Made by a program: the position numbers and the translations under genes
Part shown: one piece after another, positions 42,207-52,960 of the stretch
How the letters are laid out: every line of letters starts with the position of its first letter
How positions within the stretch are numbered: position 1 is the stretch's first letter
From: a bacterium
GTDB taxonomy: Bacteria; UBA8248
NCBI GenBank assembly: GCA_965221165.1
Contig: CBDCRP010000003.1
Span: 1,216,001 to 1,280,000 of the forward strand
Direction: 5' to 3'
Length of the DNA: 64,000 nucleotides
Notes under the pieces: generated by a model
What the model was told of the DNA's origin: nothing
Seen by the model: the letters and a program-made list of their open reading frames with translations, nothing else
Databases searched by the model: none

Positions 42207-43730
42207 TTACGCATTCCACCGTCTAATGGTCAAGCGTATATTCCCTGAGATCCTTGGACGCTTACGCTTAGCGCGGCTACCGAAGGGAATGTTTCCGATC
42301 GAGGTGTCTCCCTGCTGATCAATGATTAAGCGGCGAGAAGTACGGTTCGGGGTGCGGCTATCCCAACCATAAACGACCCGACTGGCACCGTCAGTCTGAG
42401 CTGTCACGTCGATATTCAACTTATCGGCAAAGAGTATGCCTCCTTCGTAATGATCATCAAAAAGATAACCATCAACTTCATACTCTGGCACACGGACCTG
42501 CAAACCGAGAGCAAAGCCTAGCGACGCACGACGAGGATTCACCCGAGCATTTCGCATCAGGAAGGTGGTAAAGAGTTTAGTCCTTCTCTTCGTAAGTTGG
42601 TCGTATGTCCGGAAGATTGCCGACCCTTCGTCGTAAGTGCGCCGGTTTAGTTCCACTGGCACACCTCGCGCGCTTAAGAAGGTATCGATATGATAGGAAG
42701 CACGGATTTTCCTCCCACTTTCTTTTGCTCTCTGCACTTGGGGTGGGAGAGTCACCTCAACATCGGTCATCTCAACAAGAACACGCGTATCGCCGAAGAA
42801 AAATCGACGGAGATTCTGATATCCCGATTCTGAGTTGACGAGTCCGTAGTACCCGGAGTGGCTGCGATGGACAAAGGCTCTCGGTGCACCGAGGACTGAT
42901 GCATTCTTGATTTGGACGAGTCCATCGCTAAGGGGCCCTACTGCGCGTTTCGCCAGTCCTCCTGCCGCTCCATAGTCACGCGAGTCGGTGCCGATGAGGC
43001 AGCATATACGTTCTTCTGGGTAGTGTCCATTCAGCGAGTTTATCGGCATGTTTTCCGGTAAACCGAGAAACTCTCGCATTCGCTTGGGACCAAAATTTCC
43101 AGCATTGTTCGGATCGAAAAAATCTCGTAGCCCCTCCGCCCATCCCAGCCCACGGCGAAATTCGACCCCACCGTGCGGCGTCCCATAGGTAAAGAGTTTG
43201 TCCACACCCTTCTTGCGCCAATCTCCTGATGCCTTTCCATCGCCTCCGAGATCTGGAATTTCCGGGTGCTGCAAGTAACAACGACAGATAAGTCCTCCCA
43301 TGGAATGAGCGACGAGATAAGCTCGAAAGTGCTCAGGATTCTCATTCTTGTCCAGAACGGCATGGCGCACATGCAAGAGAAACTCACACAATTTTTTGGC
43401 GTGAAATTCAATTTCTTTCCGATTGCCTTCGCCAAAATCTTCATCGGCAATATCATAATATCGAAAAATCCAGATTGATCGGCTGGGGATGGGGCCTTGG
43501 GGCAAAATCTGTCCATCGTGGTAAGCATCGACATAGCCATGATCTTTCATTAGGCGAATAACGGGCGATTCGAAGACATGGGGCCGGACCTTGCCCGTAT
43601 GGAGTTGCCGAATCTTGGTTGCTCCCAGATTAAATCCCATATACGGGGTTGATACAGTGTCCTCAATCTCTCCTTGACTGCCGGCATAACCACGAAGATA
43701 GATAATAGGATAGTAGGGTGCTTCAATCAT
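42207..43730 (-). CDS. Alpha/beta-hydrolase (PGAP1/lipase-like) with a C-terminal extension
   Basis: LVAHSMGGLICR, TYGTPHGG, SDGLV, HRSHSG. Confidence 0.8.
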   Translation of the reverse strand: MIEAPYYPIIYLRGYAGSQGEIEDTVSTPYMGFNLGATKIRQLHTGKVRPHVFESPVIRLMKDHGYVDAYHDGQILPQGPIPSRSIWIFRYYDIADEDFGEGNRKEIEFHAKKLCEFLLHVRHAVLDKNENPEHFRAYLVAHSMGGLICRCYLQHPEIPDLGGDGKASGDWRKKGVDKLFTYGTPHGGVEFRRGLGWAEGLRDFFDPNNAGNFGPKRMREFLGLPENMPINSLNGHYPEERICCLIGTDSRDYGAAGGLAKRAVGPLSDGLVQIKNASVLGAPRAFVHRSHSGYYGLVNSESGYQNLRRFFFGDTRVLVEMTDVEVTLPPQVQRAKESGRKIRASYHIDTFLSARGVPVELNRRTYDEGSAIFRTYDQLTKRRTKLFTTFLMRNARVNPRRASLGFALGLQVRVPEYEVDGYLFDDHYEGGILFADKLNIDVTAQTDGASRVVYGWDSRTPNRTSRRLIIDQQGDTSIGNIPFGSRAKRKRPRISGNIRLTIRRWNA

Positions 43731-43904
43731 GTTTCATTCTCCTCTTGGTTCGTTCTACCTTGCGAGCGCAGTCAGGCAAACGTTGCTTTACTTTGACTAG
43801 TAACCAAATTGTCCTCACGATCCCTCATGTTTGTCATATTTGTATAGTGCAGTCTATGGAGACCTACAACGCACATCCACTGTCGGCGTGGCTCATACCA
43901 TATC

Positions 43905-44174
43905 CTAGTAGTCCATCAGGATATCCGCGGCGATACTGTCCGTGACCCGCTCCACGGCCTCGTGCACCGAATCGCGCGCGAGGTGCGCGTAGTGCGCGGT
44001 GGTCTCGACGTGGGCATGGCCGAGCAGTTTGGCGATGATGGGGAGCGTCTCGCCGAGCACCAGGGCCCTGCTGGCGTACGAGTGGCGCAGGTCGTGAATC
44101 CACACATCAAGTAGTTTGGCCTGCGCCCTGATGTGCCGCCAGGAATGGTGAAGGTCGGTGATTGCGAGCCGCAA
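43905..44174 (-). pseudogene. C-terminal remnant of a tyrosine integrase of the same family
   Basis: HDLRHSYASRALVLGETLPIIAKLLGH..TTAHYAHLARDSV. Confidence 0.85.
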
Positions 44175-44688
44175 GCCGGGCTCAGAAGATCATCGTCACT
44201 ATAATCGACCACGCCGTATGCGCGAATCGGGTAACCCTCATGGGGCGCGACCCAGTGCTTACTGATTATACGTTGCGGAACCCCGGAGCATGGTAGCAGG
44301 CAAGCCGTTGCAGACCGGATTTGGAGGCTAGCTGCACGATTTGTAACCGTTTACCCGGGCCGTGATGGTAGTACCCGGATTGCTACAATTTGGTGTCTTG
44401 TCCGAATGTAATTGGTCCGGCTCAATGCTTTCGCAAACATCGAAGTCGGTAAGAACCCCAGGCATTTGCAGTGCATGGACAGCATTTCAATATTGACTTT
44501 CAATTTATAGAGGTCAGAGTCAAGCTGGCTGCGGTCCATGGTGAGGCCCACTTCCTCACGGCTCGAACGAACACTTGTAAACGTTTATCCAAGCCGTGAT
44601 GGGCACAACGCCGGGAGTATCGCCTCCATCGGATAGAATCTTCCCTTGCCACTGGTAACGAGATTCGACATGTGCTAATCATGTCGGC

Positions 44689-47004
44689 ATGACGATACGC
44701 ACAGAAGATGTTCAGGCGGAAGTTTCGTTGGTCGAGAGGCCGGATGACCCATGGCCTCATCCCCCCGGGTTGCCCGCAACCGCAGAGGCGTACTGGCGTT
44801 CGCTGTACGAGCGAGAACGTACGCGCGCGGAGACGGCGGAGGCGCGCTGCGAGGAGTTGCGGTGGAAGGAGGTGGCTTCGCGCGCGCGGGCGGGTTCGCT
44901 GAAGTGGTGTCTCGACAACTGCCGGAGGAAGCTTGCCGCGCGCGTCGGGAAGTTGAAGGAAGTCCGCCGCGCGGCGAAGAAGGACGTCCAGGCGCTCGAG
45001 GTGGAAGTGGCTCGTCTGGAGAAGCAGCTTCGCAAAGCCGGTGTCGAGCCGGGCAAGCGCAGCCCGCTCGAGTCGCTGCGCAAGGAGGTCGCCCGGTTGA
45101 ACAAGGCTCTCTCGGGCGCGTTGCCTCCGGGGGAGGCCGCGCGGCTGCACAGAGTCGTGGAGAAGCGGGAGAAGACGATAGAGTCTCTTCGCGAGGAGAT
45201 TGAGGGGCGGGAGAAGGACGTCGCCCGGCTGGAGAATCGGCTGGCCTGGGAAAAGCTGGAGACGAAGACCCACGAGAAGACCATTCAGTGTCGGGACGAG
45301 GAGGTCATCCGGCTCTGCGGGAAGTTGCGTGAATTGCGCGACGATTTGCGGGTCTCCCTCAGGGCCGCAGGTATCACGAAGGAACGGCTGAAGGAGCGGC
45401 TGTTGCACGCAAGGGAGGCGGCGCGCTCAAGGTCGCCTCGTTCGGACGAGGCGCTTCGCAAGGCCCTGGGGAGGTCGCGGCGCCAGAAGACGGCGCTCAG
45501 GTCGCTGTCGAGGGAGAACGGGCGGCTTCGCAGGGAGCTTCGCAAGTCGGAGACCCGCCGGGCGCGGCTGGAGGCCGAGCTCGCGAAGCTTCGCGCCACC
45601 GGAGCGGTGCTGGCGAGGAGGCTGTTTGGTCGCGGGAGCGAGCGTCAGGAGAGGCCGCGTTCGGAGCGCAGGCGCGGTCGTCAGCCCGGCGCCCGGGGCC
45701 ATGGCCGCACCCCGCGGCCCGCGCTCGGGGAGAGGACCGAAGTCCGCAACCCGCCGGCCGGTGCGCGCGTCTGCGCCGGTTGCGGGAAGCCCTACGTGGC
45801 CAACGGCGCCGAGGCCTCCACCATCATTGAGATCGAAGTCTCGGCCTACAGGCGCGTCATCCACCGTCCGCGGTGGCGCAGGAGGTGCGCGTGCGCGTCG
45901 TCTCCGGTGGAAGTGTCGGCGTCGCCTGCGCCGCGCCTGTTCGCGGGCACGTCCTTCGGAACCAGCGTGTGGGCGCGCTTCCTGTTCGAACGCTACGCCT
46001 GCTTCCGCCCCCTGCGGCGTGTCGCCGAATGGCTCTCCGACCAGGGGCTTCCGGTCTCCGCGGGCACGCTGGCCGCCGGCGCGCATCGGTTCACTCCCCT
46101 GTTCGAGCCGCTGGCTGCGGCGATCCTCGACCGCCAGAACGAGGCGGCGGTGCGTCATGGGGACGAGACGACGTGGCGCGTTCAGTCACTTCGCGAACAA
46201 GGACGCTCGAGCCGCGCCTGGCTGTGGACCTCGGTCAGCGAGGACGCGGTCTACTTCCACGTCGACCCCTCGCGGAGTGCGGAGGTCGCGATGAAGCTCT
46301 TCGGCGCGGCCGGCTCCCATACGGTCGTCGTCTGCGACCGCTACAGCGCCTACAAGAAGCTGGCGCGCATTCCCGGGGGTCTGGTGACTCTCGCATGGTG
46401 CTGGTCTCACGTCCGACGCGATTATATCCACTGCGCCGCCGGCGAGGAGCGGCTGACGCCCTGGTGTGAGAGATGGATCGGGCGGATCGCGCTGCTCTAC
46501 CGCCTGAACGAGGCGCACCTGGCCCGTTACGAGCCCGGCGCCGAACGACAGGGCGCGGCGTTCGAAGCGGCGCAGGCTGCGCTCAAGAAGGCGCTCGAGG
46601 GCCTGTTCGCGCAAGCCGGGCGGGAGGTGGCCGCCCTGCCCGCGCAGGCGCGCGAGGGCAAGGCGCTGCGCTCGCTGCTGAACCATCGCGAGGGGCTGAG
46701 CGTCTTCGTCGAGCGCCCCTCGGTACCGATGGACAACAACGCCAGCGAACGCGCGCTTCGGGGTCCAGTGATCGGCAGACGCCTCTCGTTCGGCTCCGAC
46801 AGCGAGGCCGGCGCCAGGTTCACGGCGATGATGTACTCGGTCCTCGGTACACTCTCATTAAACGGCGTCGACACTCTCCGCCGGCTCGATGCATGGCTCA
46901 CGGCCTGCGCGGAGAACGGCGGCCGGGCGCCCGGGGACCTCTCCGCGTGGCTGCCCTGGTCAATGGGCGCACAACGCAGGCGCGCCCTCATGGCGCCGGG
47001 ATGA
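44689..47004 (+). CDS. IS66 (TnpC-like) DDE transposase with a long N-terminal coiled coil
   Basis: LFGRGSER, CAGC, HGDETTW, CDRYSAY, CWSHVRR, DNNASERALR. Confidence 0.9.
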   Translation: MTIRTEDVQAEVSLVERPDDPWPHPPGLPATAEAYWRSLYERERTRAETAEARCEELRWKEVASRARAGSLKWCLDNCRRKLAARVGKLKEVRRAAKKDVQALEVEVARLEKQLRKAGVEPGKRSPLESLRKEVARLNKALSGALPPGEAARLHRVVEKREKTIESLREEIEGREKDVARLENRLAWEKLETKTHEKTIQCRDEEVIRLCGKLRELRDDLRVSLRAAGITKERLKERLLHAREAARSRSPRSDEALRKALGRSRRQKTALRSLSRENGRLRRELRKSETRRARLEAELAKLRATGAVLARRLFGRGSERQERPRSERRRGRQPGARGHGRTPRPALGERTEVRNPPAGARVCAGCGKPYVANGAEASTIIEIEVSAYRRVIHRPRWRRRCACASSPVEVSASPAPRLFAGTSFGTSVWARFLFERYACFRPLRRVAEWLSDQGLPVSAGTLAAGAHRFTPLFEPLAAAILDRQNEAAVRHGDETTWRVQSLREQGRSSRAWLWTSVSEDAVYFHVDPSRSAEVAMKLFGAAGSHTVVVCDRYSAYKKLARIPGGLVTLAWCWSHVRRDYIHCAAGEERLTPWCERWIGRIALLYRLNEAHLARYEPGAERQGAAFEAAQAALKKALEGLFAQAGREVAALPAQAREGKALRSLLNHREGLSVFVERPSVPMDNNASERALRGPVIGRRLSFGSDSEAGARFTAMMYSVLGTLSLNGVDTLRRLDAWLTACAENGGRAPGDLSAWLPWSMGAQRRRALMAPG

Positions 47005-47008
47005 CGCC

Positions 47009-47881
47009 GTGATCGAGTGCCGCTACTACGGACGCGACTTCACGACGGAAGAGATGACGCTGCTGCGCGCGCTGATCGCAGGTCCACCTGCGCTCAACCG
47101 CCATGCGCTCTCGAAGGAGTTCTGCCGCCGCATCGGCTGGTTCAAGCCCGACGGCGGACTCAAGGACATGATGGCGCGGGTGACCATGCTCGCCATGCAC
47201 AAGGACGGCCTGATCACGCTCCCCCCGCCGAAGTGGCGCCAGAACCGGCCCGGGCCGATCGTCTTCGGACCAGATACCGAAGCGCCCCTCATCCCGGCGC
47301 CGGCGACCCTCGATGAGGTCCGCCCACTCGATATGCGCATCGTCGTGCGCGGAACCCGCGAGGGCAAGCTCTGGAACGAGTTCGTCGCCCGCTACCACTA
47401 CCTGGGCTACAAGACCCTCGTCGGCGCCCAGATGCGCTACGCCGTCCACGACCGGGGCGGCAGGCCCCTCGCCATGCTCGGCTTCTCCACCGCCGCGTGG
47501 AAGCTCGCCCCGCGCGATGCCTTCATCGGCTGGACGCCCAAGTTGCGCGAGAAGAACCTCCCCCTCGTGGTCGACAACCCGAGGTTCCTCATCCTGCCAT
47601 GGATCAAAATCCCCAACCTCGGCTCGCACCTCCTCGCCATCGTCCGCCGTCGCCTGCCCGGGGACTGGACCGAACGCTATGGCACAACCCCCGTCCTCAT
47701 CGAGACCTTCGTCGAGACGCCGCGCTACACCGGCGCCGTCTACAGGGCTTCGGGATGGATCCGCGTCGGTATGACCCAGGGGCGTGGACGCTACGACAGA
47801 TATACGAGGCGCGCCCAACCGAAAAAGGACATCTGGCTAAGGCCGCTCCGCAACAACTGGAAGCAAGTCCTCAACCGGTAA
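47009..47881 (+). CDS. DUF4338 (DruA-like) protein carried inside the IS66 element
   Basis: WNEFVARYHYLGY, RDAFIGW, NPRFLILPW, LIETFVE, YRASGW..GMTQGRGR. Confidence 0.85.
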   Translation: MIECRYYGRDFTTEEMTLLRALIAGPPALNRHALSKEFCRRIGWFKPDGGLKDMMARVTMLAMHKDGLITLPPPKWRQNRPGPIVFGPDTEAPLIPAPATLDEVRPLDMRIVVRGTREGKLWNEFVARYHYLGYKTLVGAQMRYAVHDRGGRPLAMLGFSTAAWKLAPRDAFIGWTPKLREKNLPLVVDNPRFLILPWIKIPNLGSHLLAIVRRRLPGDWTERYGTTPVLIETFVETPRYTGAVYRASGWIRVGMTQGRGRYDRYTRRAQPKKDIWLRPLRNNWKQVLNR

Positions 47882-48633
47882 AATCATCCCCCATCCCGGC
47901 CCAAACTACTGCTTCAAGGCACTACCATCACGGCTTGGATAAACGTTTACGAACACTTACACGACAGGCGCTCGCATGGATGCGCGGGAGTTTGAATGAT
48001 TCCGCTTGCGTTTTGATTACTTCTTACAGCAAGCAAATCTTGCACGAAACTCGAAAAAACTCATATCTGAAATAATTTCAACAAACTACAAGCATTCCAC
48101 CACCGCTAGAGATCTCCCACCGTCTGAGAACGGGCGAAATATTGGCCGATCTAGTTCTGGCGACACGAGCCAGCCAGCCTGAAATATTCGTGGTCTTCGA
48201 ATGATTTGAGCAAGGCACGCGGTATCGTCCGGGTTGACGGCGGTATTGGTGTCGGATTTTCAGAACGGGTTGGGGGTTGAGTTTCGGGGTTCGTCGTGCG
48301 GCGCATGCCGTCTGGCTCAAGGGACCGGGGCGGTGACGCAGGCTACCATCACGATATGGGCTTGTGATAGAGATAGGCCCAAGACAGGATAATCCTGACA
48401 GGGCATTTGAGTTCCTAGATGCGCACGGAGATCACAGACTATCGAGACCGAATGACATCGAACTCATCGCAAAGACCGCCGAGGAACTTACTTTGGGTAG
48501 GGGGCGAAATCAGACGCTCTTTTGCTATCATAAATCTGCGATTTGGAGAATTCACGAAATATGGGGAACGCTATTCATTTCGCGACCCAATATTTTGAGT
48601 ATCTATGGTTCTTATTTATATGGGGGAAAATCA

Positions 48634-49620
48634 ATGGCTACAGAGAACAAGAACATCGTCGTGTGCTGCGACGGCACCGCGAATGAGTTTGGAGATATCA
48701 ACACCAACGTCGTGCACACTTATGACCTAGCGATCAAGGATGAAGGGCAGACCGCCTTCTACGACCCGGGTGTGGGAACTGGAGGTTGGGAGTATGACGA
48801 GAGCACCTTTGGTTTGAAATCCCTGGCGGACCAGGCAACTGGCCACGGCCTGCAAAAGAATGTTGAGGATGCCTATCGATATCTGATGACGTGCTACAAA
48901 ACTGATGACCATATATATTTGTTCGGATTCAGCCGAGGAGCATTCACCGCACGATCTTTGGCAGGCATGATTTACAAAGTAGGTCTATTGCGGAAAGGCC
49001 ACGAAAATCTACTTGAATACGCTTCCAAGCTCTACAACACATCGCCAGATGAAGAGCCCCGCATTGATGAGATTGCGGCGGACTTCAAGAAGACATTCTC
49101 TCGTAATTGTCCCATTTATTTCATTGGCGTGTGGGACACGGTCGACTCCCGAGTCATGAACGCCGGCAAGCGGTTCGCAGACCCGACTTTGAACCCCGAT
49201 ATCTCCTTCGCCTACCATGCTTTGGCCATTGATGAGCACCGAAAGGATTTCCCCCCTTGTCTCTGGACAGAGAAACCGTCCATCGGTCAGACGGTCGAGC
49301 AGGTTTGGTTCGCTGGGGTCCATGCCGATATTGGTGGAGGGTATAAGGAGCGTGGACTAGCCAACATCACGCTGCGGTGGATGCTGGATAAGGCGGTTAA
49401 TTGCGGAATGAAGGTGGATTCTGCTCGCATGAAGGGAAATTATCGGATGAACCCGCGAGGCAAAATTCACGAGTCCAACAAGGGATTTTGGCTTTTTCGC
49501 GGGTCTGATTCCCGTCGTATTCCGAATGCCGCGTGGATTCACGCCAGCGTTAAAACTAGGCTAGAAGCTGGAAAGTATGCCCCCGAGAACCTGCCGAAGA
49601 AACCGAATTTCGTACATTGA
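48634..49620 (+). CDS. DUF2235 / Tle1-like alpha/beta-hydrolase
   Basis: VCCDGTAN, YDPGVGT, FGFSRGAFTAR, GVWDTV, HALAIDEHR, WFAGVHADIGGG. Confidence 0.9.
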   Translation: MATENKNIVVCCDGTANEFGDINTNVVHTYDLAIKDEGQTAFYDPGVGTGGWEYDESTFGLKSLADQATGHGLQKNVEDAYRYLMTCYKTDDHIYLFGFSRGAFTARSLAGMIYKVGLLRKGHENLLEYASKLYNTSPDEEPRIDEIAADFKKTFSRNCPIYFIGVWDTVDSRVMNAGKRFADPTLNPDISFAYHALAIDEHRKDFPPCLWTEKPSIGQTVEQVWFAGVHADIGGGYKERGLANITLRWMLDKAVNCGMKVDSARMKGNYRMNPRGKIHESNKGFWLFRGSDSRRIPNAAWIHASVKTRLEAGKYAPENLPKKPNFVH

Positions 49621-50071
49621 CGCGCAGAATAGGCGAGACAGCTTCTGTCGCTGCTATCGACAGGAATTGCGAAACAGCGTGCTTGAGGGCCCGCAGGTCA
49701 GTAAATTGACATCGAACGAGAATGACCCTAATTTTCTCAGTTTCGGTTACTGTCCTACAACCTGGAGTTTTGGAGATTTCCCTGGATGAGGTAGTGCGCC
49801 GATGATCACCCCCCGGCGTATTTGGGCGCTTGGGAGGCAGGAACTTGACGTCGAACCTCTAAGATAAATAGTTTTAATCCGTAGCTTTCCTCAGCTTGGT
49901 TACCCCATTAATATCTTGATGTTAGTTTTCCCGCCGCATCTATGCGGGCGAATCACGCCGAGAGCCCAAGTGTGACACTGCGCGTCTTTACAGTGTGAAA
50001 GTGTGACGGCCGATGTAGGTACAATTGTATGCGCAAAGCACTCTTATCCACATTGGTCAGGACTGCTTTGT

Positions 50072-51312
50072 TCATTCATGTTGGCGGTTACGCGCCTCAA
50101 CCCGCGCAAGTCTATCGGCAATGAGTTGAAGCGGAGGGCAATCCTTTTTCTCTGCTTCGGACCAATATGTATGATGTGGAAAAATGCGAGTTCCCATTTT
50201 GGAATTGCGGAAAGTGAACTTGTAGTCACATACCTTCGCTCTTATTCCTTCTTTCTTAATCAGCCTCAATAGCTCGCTACCTAGTGGATCTCTCTCTTCA
50301 ACGAAATTGTACCACTGCTGCACATGGACGTGACGACGTCCATACTGACCTATAGATCGCGGCCACAGGCACCGCACAACTGCTAGGGGACAACCGAAGG
50401 TGACCAATACCTTCACTCGGACATCTACCAATGTGTTCGACTCACAATCGGTCAAGCATGCAGAGAATAGCGCATCCATCAACAGCATCGAACCTTGACT
50501 ATAGGCAACGATTGAAACTTCCCTATCATGTTGGCCTTCACACACGTTTTCAGTGCTAAGGCCACCCGGTCGATGATAGCAGAGCGTAACTTAGAATCCT
50601 TCTTTTGACACTCAATGAACGCAAACGCGGAACGTGTATCATCTTCGTATTTTTCGGATGATCTTGATGTAAGAAACCAGGATAACCCACTCATGACAGT
50701 GGCTATTACTAGAATTACTCTGAGTGCGAAACGTAAAGTGCTATTCCATGATTCACCAATCTCACACGTCCAGTGTGCGGTACTAGATGGGGTCTGCAAA
50801 TCAAAAATTTTGCAGATTGCTCCAGGTACTTCGACCCCCATGGCAACTAAGGAAACTAAACCGCCTAGCAATCCAAAATAAATTATAGCCGCAAAGAAAA
50901 ATGCCCAGACCTTGTGTCGCTTCGTTACTTCTGGCACTTGATTTGGAATGAGACGGAATAACCGCCAAGTCTCGCTCACTGCTATGAAGAGTTGGATCAA
51001 AACTCGTTGGAAAGGACTGCGTTCATTGTCATGATCTGCTATAAGGTCGTCATAGACAACTTCGGTCACCTCCACATCCTTCCAACTGCACCCGTTATCT
51101 GCCAATTTCACGACGTACCTTGGGCAGTGTGCTCCATCCTTCAGAACCAAATCTTCTTCCGCTATGATCTCTGCGGATTTGAGACGCCTTTTCAATAAAT
51201 TCGCCACCATCTTCCCGGTCTGGGAATAACGTTTTCGGTATAATCCGTGTATGAACAACACGCGTTGTCGTTCAGTGGTGGCCGATTTTAGTGTTCGCAT
51301 CTGTCCAGTCAT
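50072..51312 (-). pseudogene. Membrane-anchored alpha/beta-hydrolase split by a frameshift
   Basis: Upstream VLFIHGL and TMs; downstream IVAYSQGS, LVTFGCPL, HHTYW; the shift falls in a (GT)n run near 50540. Confidence 0.6.
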
Positions 51313-52034
51313 CTATCGCGCCTTCTCATTTACGTACAATACTAGAAGTCATGGGACCTGTGTTTGCATGGCCGAGAGCAGGGTCGCCTTGTGCCGTGAC
51401 ATGCTTCAGTCCAGAATTTGGCCTTGAACTGTCCGCCAGATCATAGTCCAGTGTTGCGCATATATTCAATTGGACGGTTCTAAGTACACTGTGTCGGTGA
51501 CTGATCCGGGATGAAATACCGAGACGCCAGACTTCGAATTCCGAAAACGAAGACGGCTTGCACTGGAGTGTGGCTGCAGGTTGCCCGCTCCGGGTCCAAC
51601 ACTTGAGTTCCCGCCATAGCTGCATTCCACCAATGCGTCGCTGTTGGGTTCCGACCGCATTCGAATTGACGATGTGCTCGTGTCGCCGCGCTCCTGCAAA
51701 GGCTCGTATCGGTTATCACGGGTGAGCCTTGCTGGGCGCCTGAGCATGGCCACAATGAAGCCGTTACGGGCTGGACTTTGGAGAATTGCCCGACAGGGCC
51801 GAGCTGTGATGCGCTGGAATTGTAATTCATCTGCTTTCGCCTTGATTACATTCTTAGAAACTGGATCCAGATCGAGACCGGGAAGAAAGAATTTTTCCAA
51901 TGATATCAACGAAATAACGGGATATCACGGGCGATGAAAATCCCCCACCGTCTGAAAACGGGCAATAGCATTGATGTACGATTCATGCGAAGGAAGCAAA
52001 CTCATGGCCGTTCACACCACCATGGCGCCGGCCG

Positions 52035-52800
52035 GGACGACGATGCCGGCTCCTCACACCCGCCGTACGACCCACGACACCTTGGCGAGGATGCGGACGT
52101 CTTGTGCGAGTCATGTGGAGAGGGCGTAGTCGGTGTCGGCGGGGAGGAACCCGAGGCGCGGGGGTACTTCTCCGTTCACGGCCTCGGCCCCCCTGACCGG
52201 CAGCCTGCCGCCTTCCCTGAGCGCGAACGTCCCGCCCGACTCCGGCAACCGGTTCGATAAGTCGAACATGACCCGGTCGCCCTCGCGCATCTCCGGCTCC
52301 ATCGAGTCGTCGCGCACCTTGAGAATGCGCAGGTCGCCGGCGCCCCATTCCTCGAAACCCCTCTCCTGGTGCGTCAGCAGCCCCCGCGCGTTCACCTCCG
52401 CCAGCATGAGGTCGGACTTCACCGCGAGGTCGAAGCCGCTCCTCCTGGAAAGCGCGCCGCGAATCCCGAACGCGCCCATCCTCATCTCGATGTCGGTCTC
52501 GAGCCTCTTCTCCATCCCCTTCGCGTCGAGCGTCATCTCCCCCCGGCCCAGACCCAGGACCCCACACACCGAGAGCCGCTCGTTCACCGCGTAGCGCAGG
52601 TAGGGGCGCACGCTCGTGAGCGTCGCCTCCATCTCGCTGCGCCCCTCCTGCTCGAAGACCCCCTCGCCACGGGCGCGGGAGAGCGCCACGCCCCCCAGGA
52701 GGGGGCCTTTCTCGTAGTCCACGCCCAGCAGGCCCGACGTGACCTCGCCCTCGAAGTTCGACCGCGCCCCGCGCGCCCAGATCGACCATTGGCCGGCAGC
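52035..52800 (-). pseudogene. Chimeric remnant: autotransporter-like beta-barrel fragment fused to an S24 peptidase fragment
   Basis: WSIWARGARSNFEGEVTSGLLGVDY...HQERGFEEWG joined to LRILKVRDDSMEPEMREGDRVMFD. Confidence 0.55.
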
Positions 52801-52960
52801 CCGGGCTCGAGGAGCGCACGGAAGAGCACAACCCGCCGAAGGAAGCGCGCGCGTGCCCGTGTTGCGGGAAAGCTTGTCTCGCGAACGGCGTCGACGAATC
52901 CACCCTCGTCGAGATCGAGGTCCGGGCCCACAAGCGTGTGATCCGCCGTTCCCGCCGCGG

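Larger units (their letters stand above)
44577..47950 (+). mobile_element. IS66-family element with perfect 26-bp terminal IRs and 8-bp target duplication
   Basis: GTAAACGTTTATCCAAGCCGTGATGG at 44577 and its reverse complement at 47925-47950; GAACACTT on both flanks. Confidence 0.95.
48116..51963. repeat. 19/20-bp direct repeats bracketing a hydrolase cassette
   Basis: CCCACCGTCTGAGAACGGGC (48116) and CCCACCGTCTGAAAACGGGC (51944). Confidence 0.6.

Noticed and set aside
47009-47881. Druantia defence system
   Set aside because: No DruE helicase or other dru genes; the ORF is inside IS66 termini.
48634-49620. T6SS effector locus
   Set aside because: No vgrG, PAAR, hcp or immunity gene nearby.
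24900-51900. Integron cassette array for the low-GC genes
   Set aside because: No convincing RYYYAAC...GTTRRRY attC sites, mixed orientations, and the integrases are not IntI-like.
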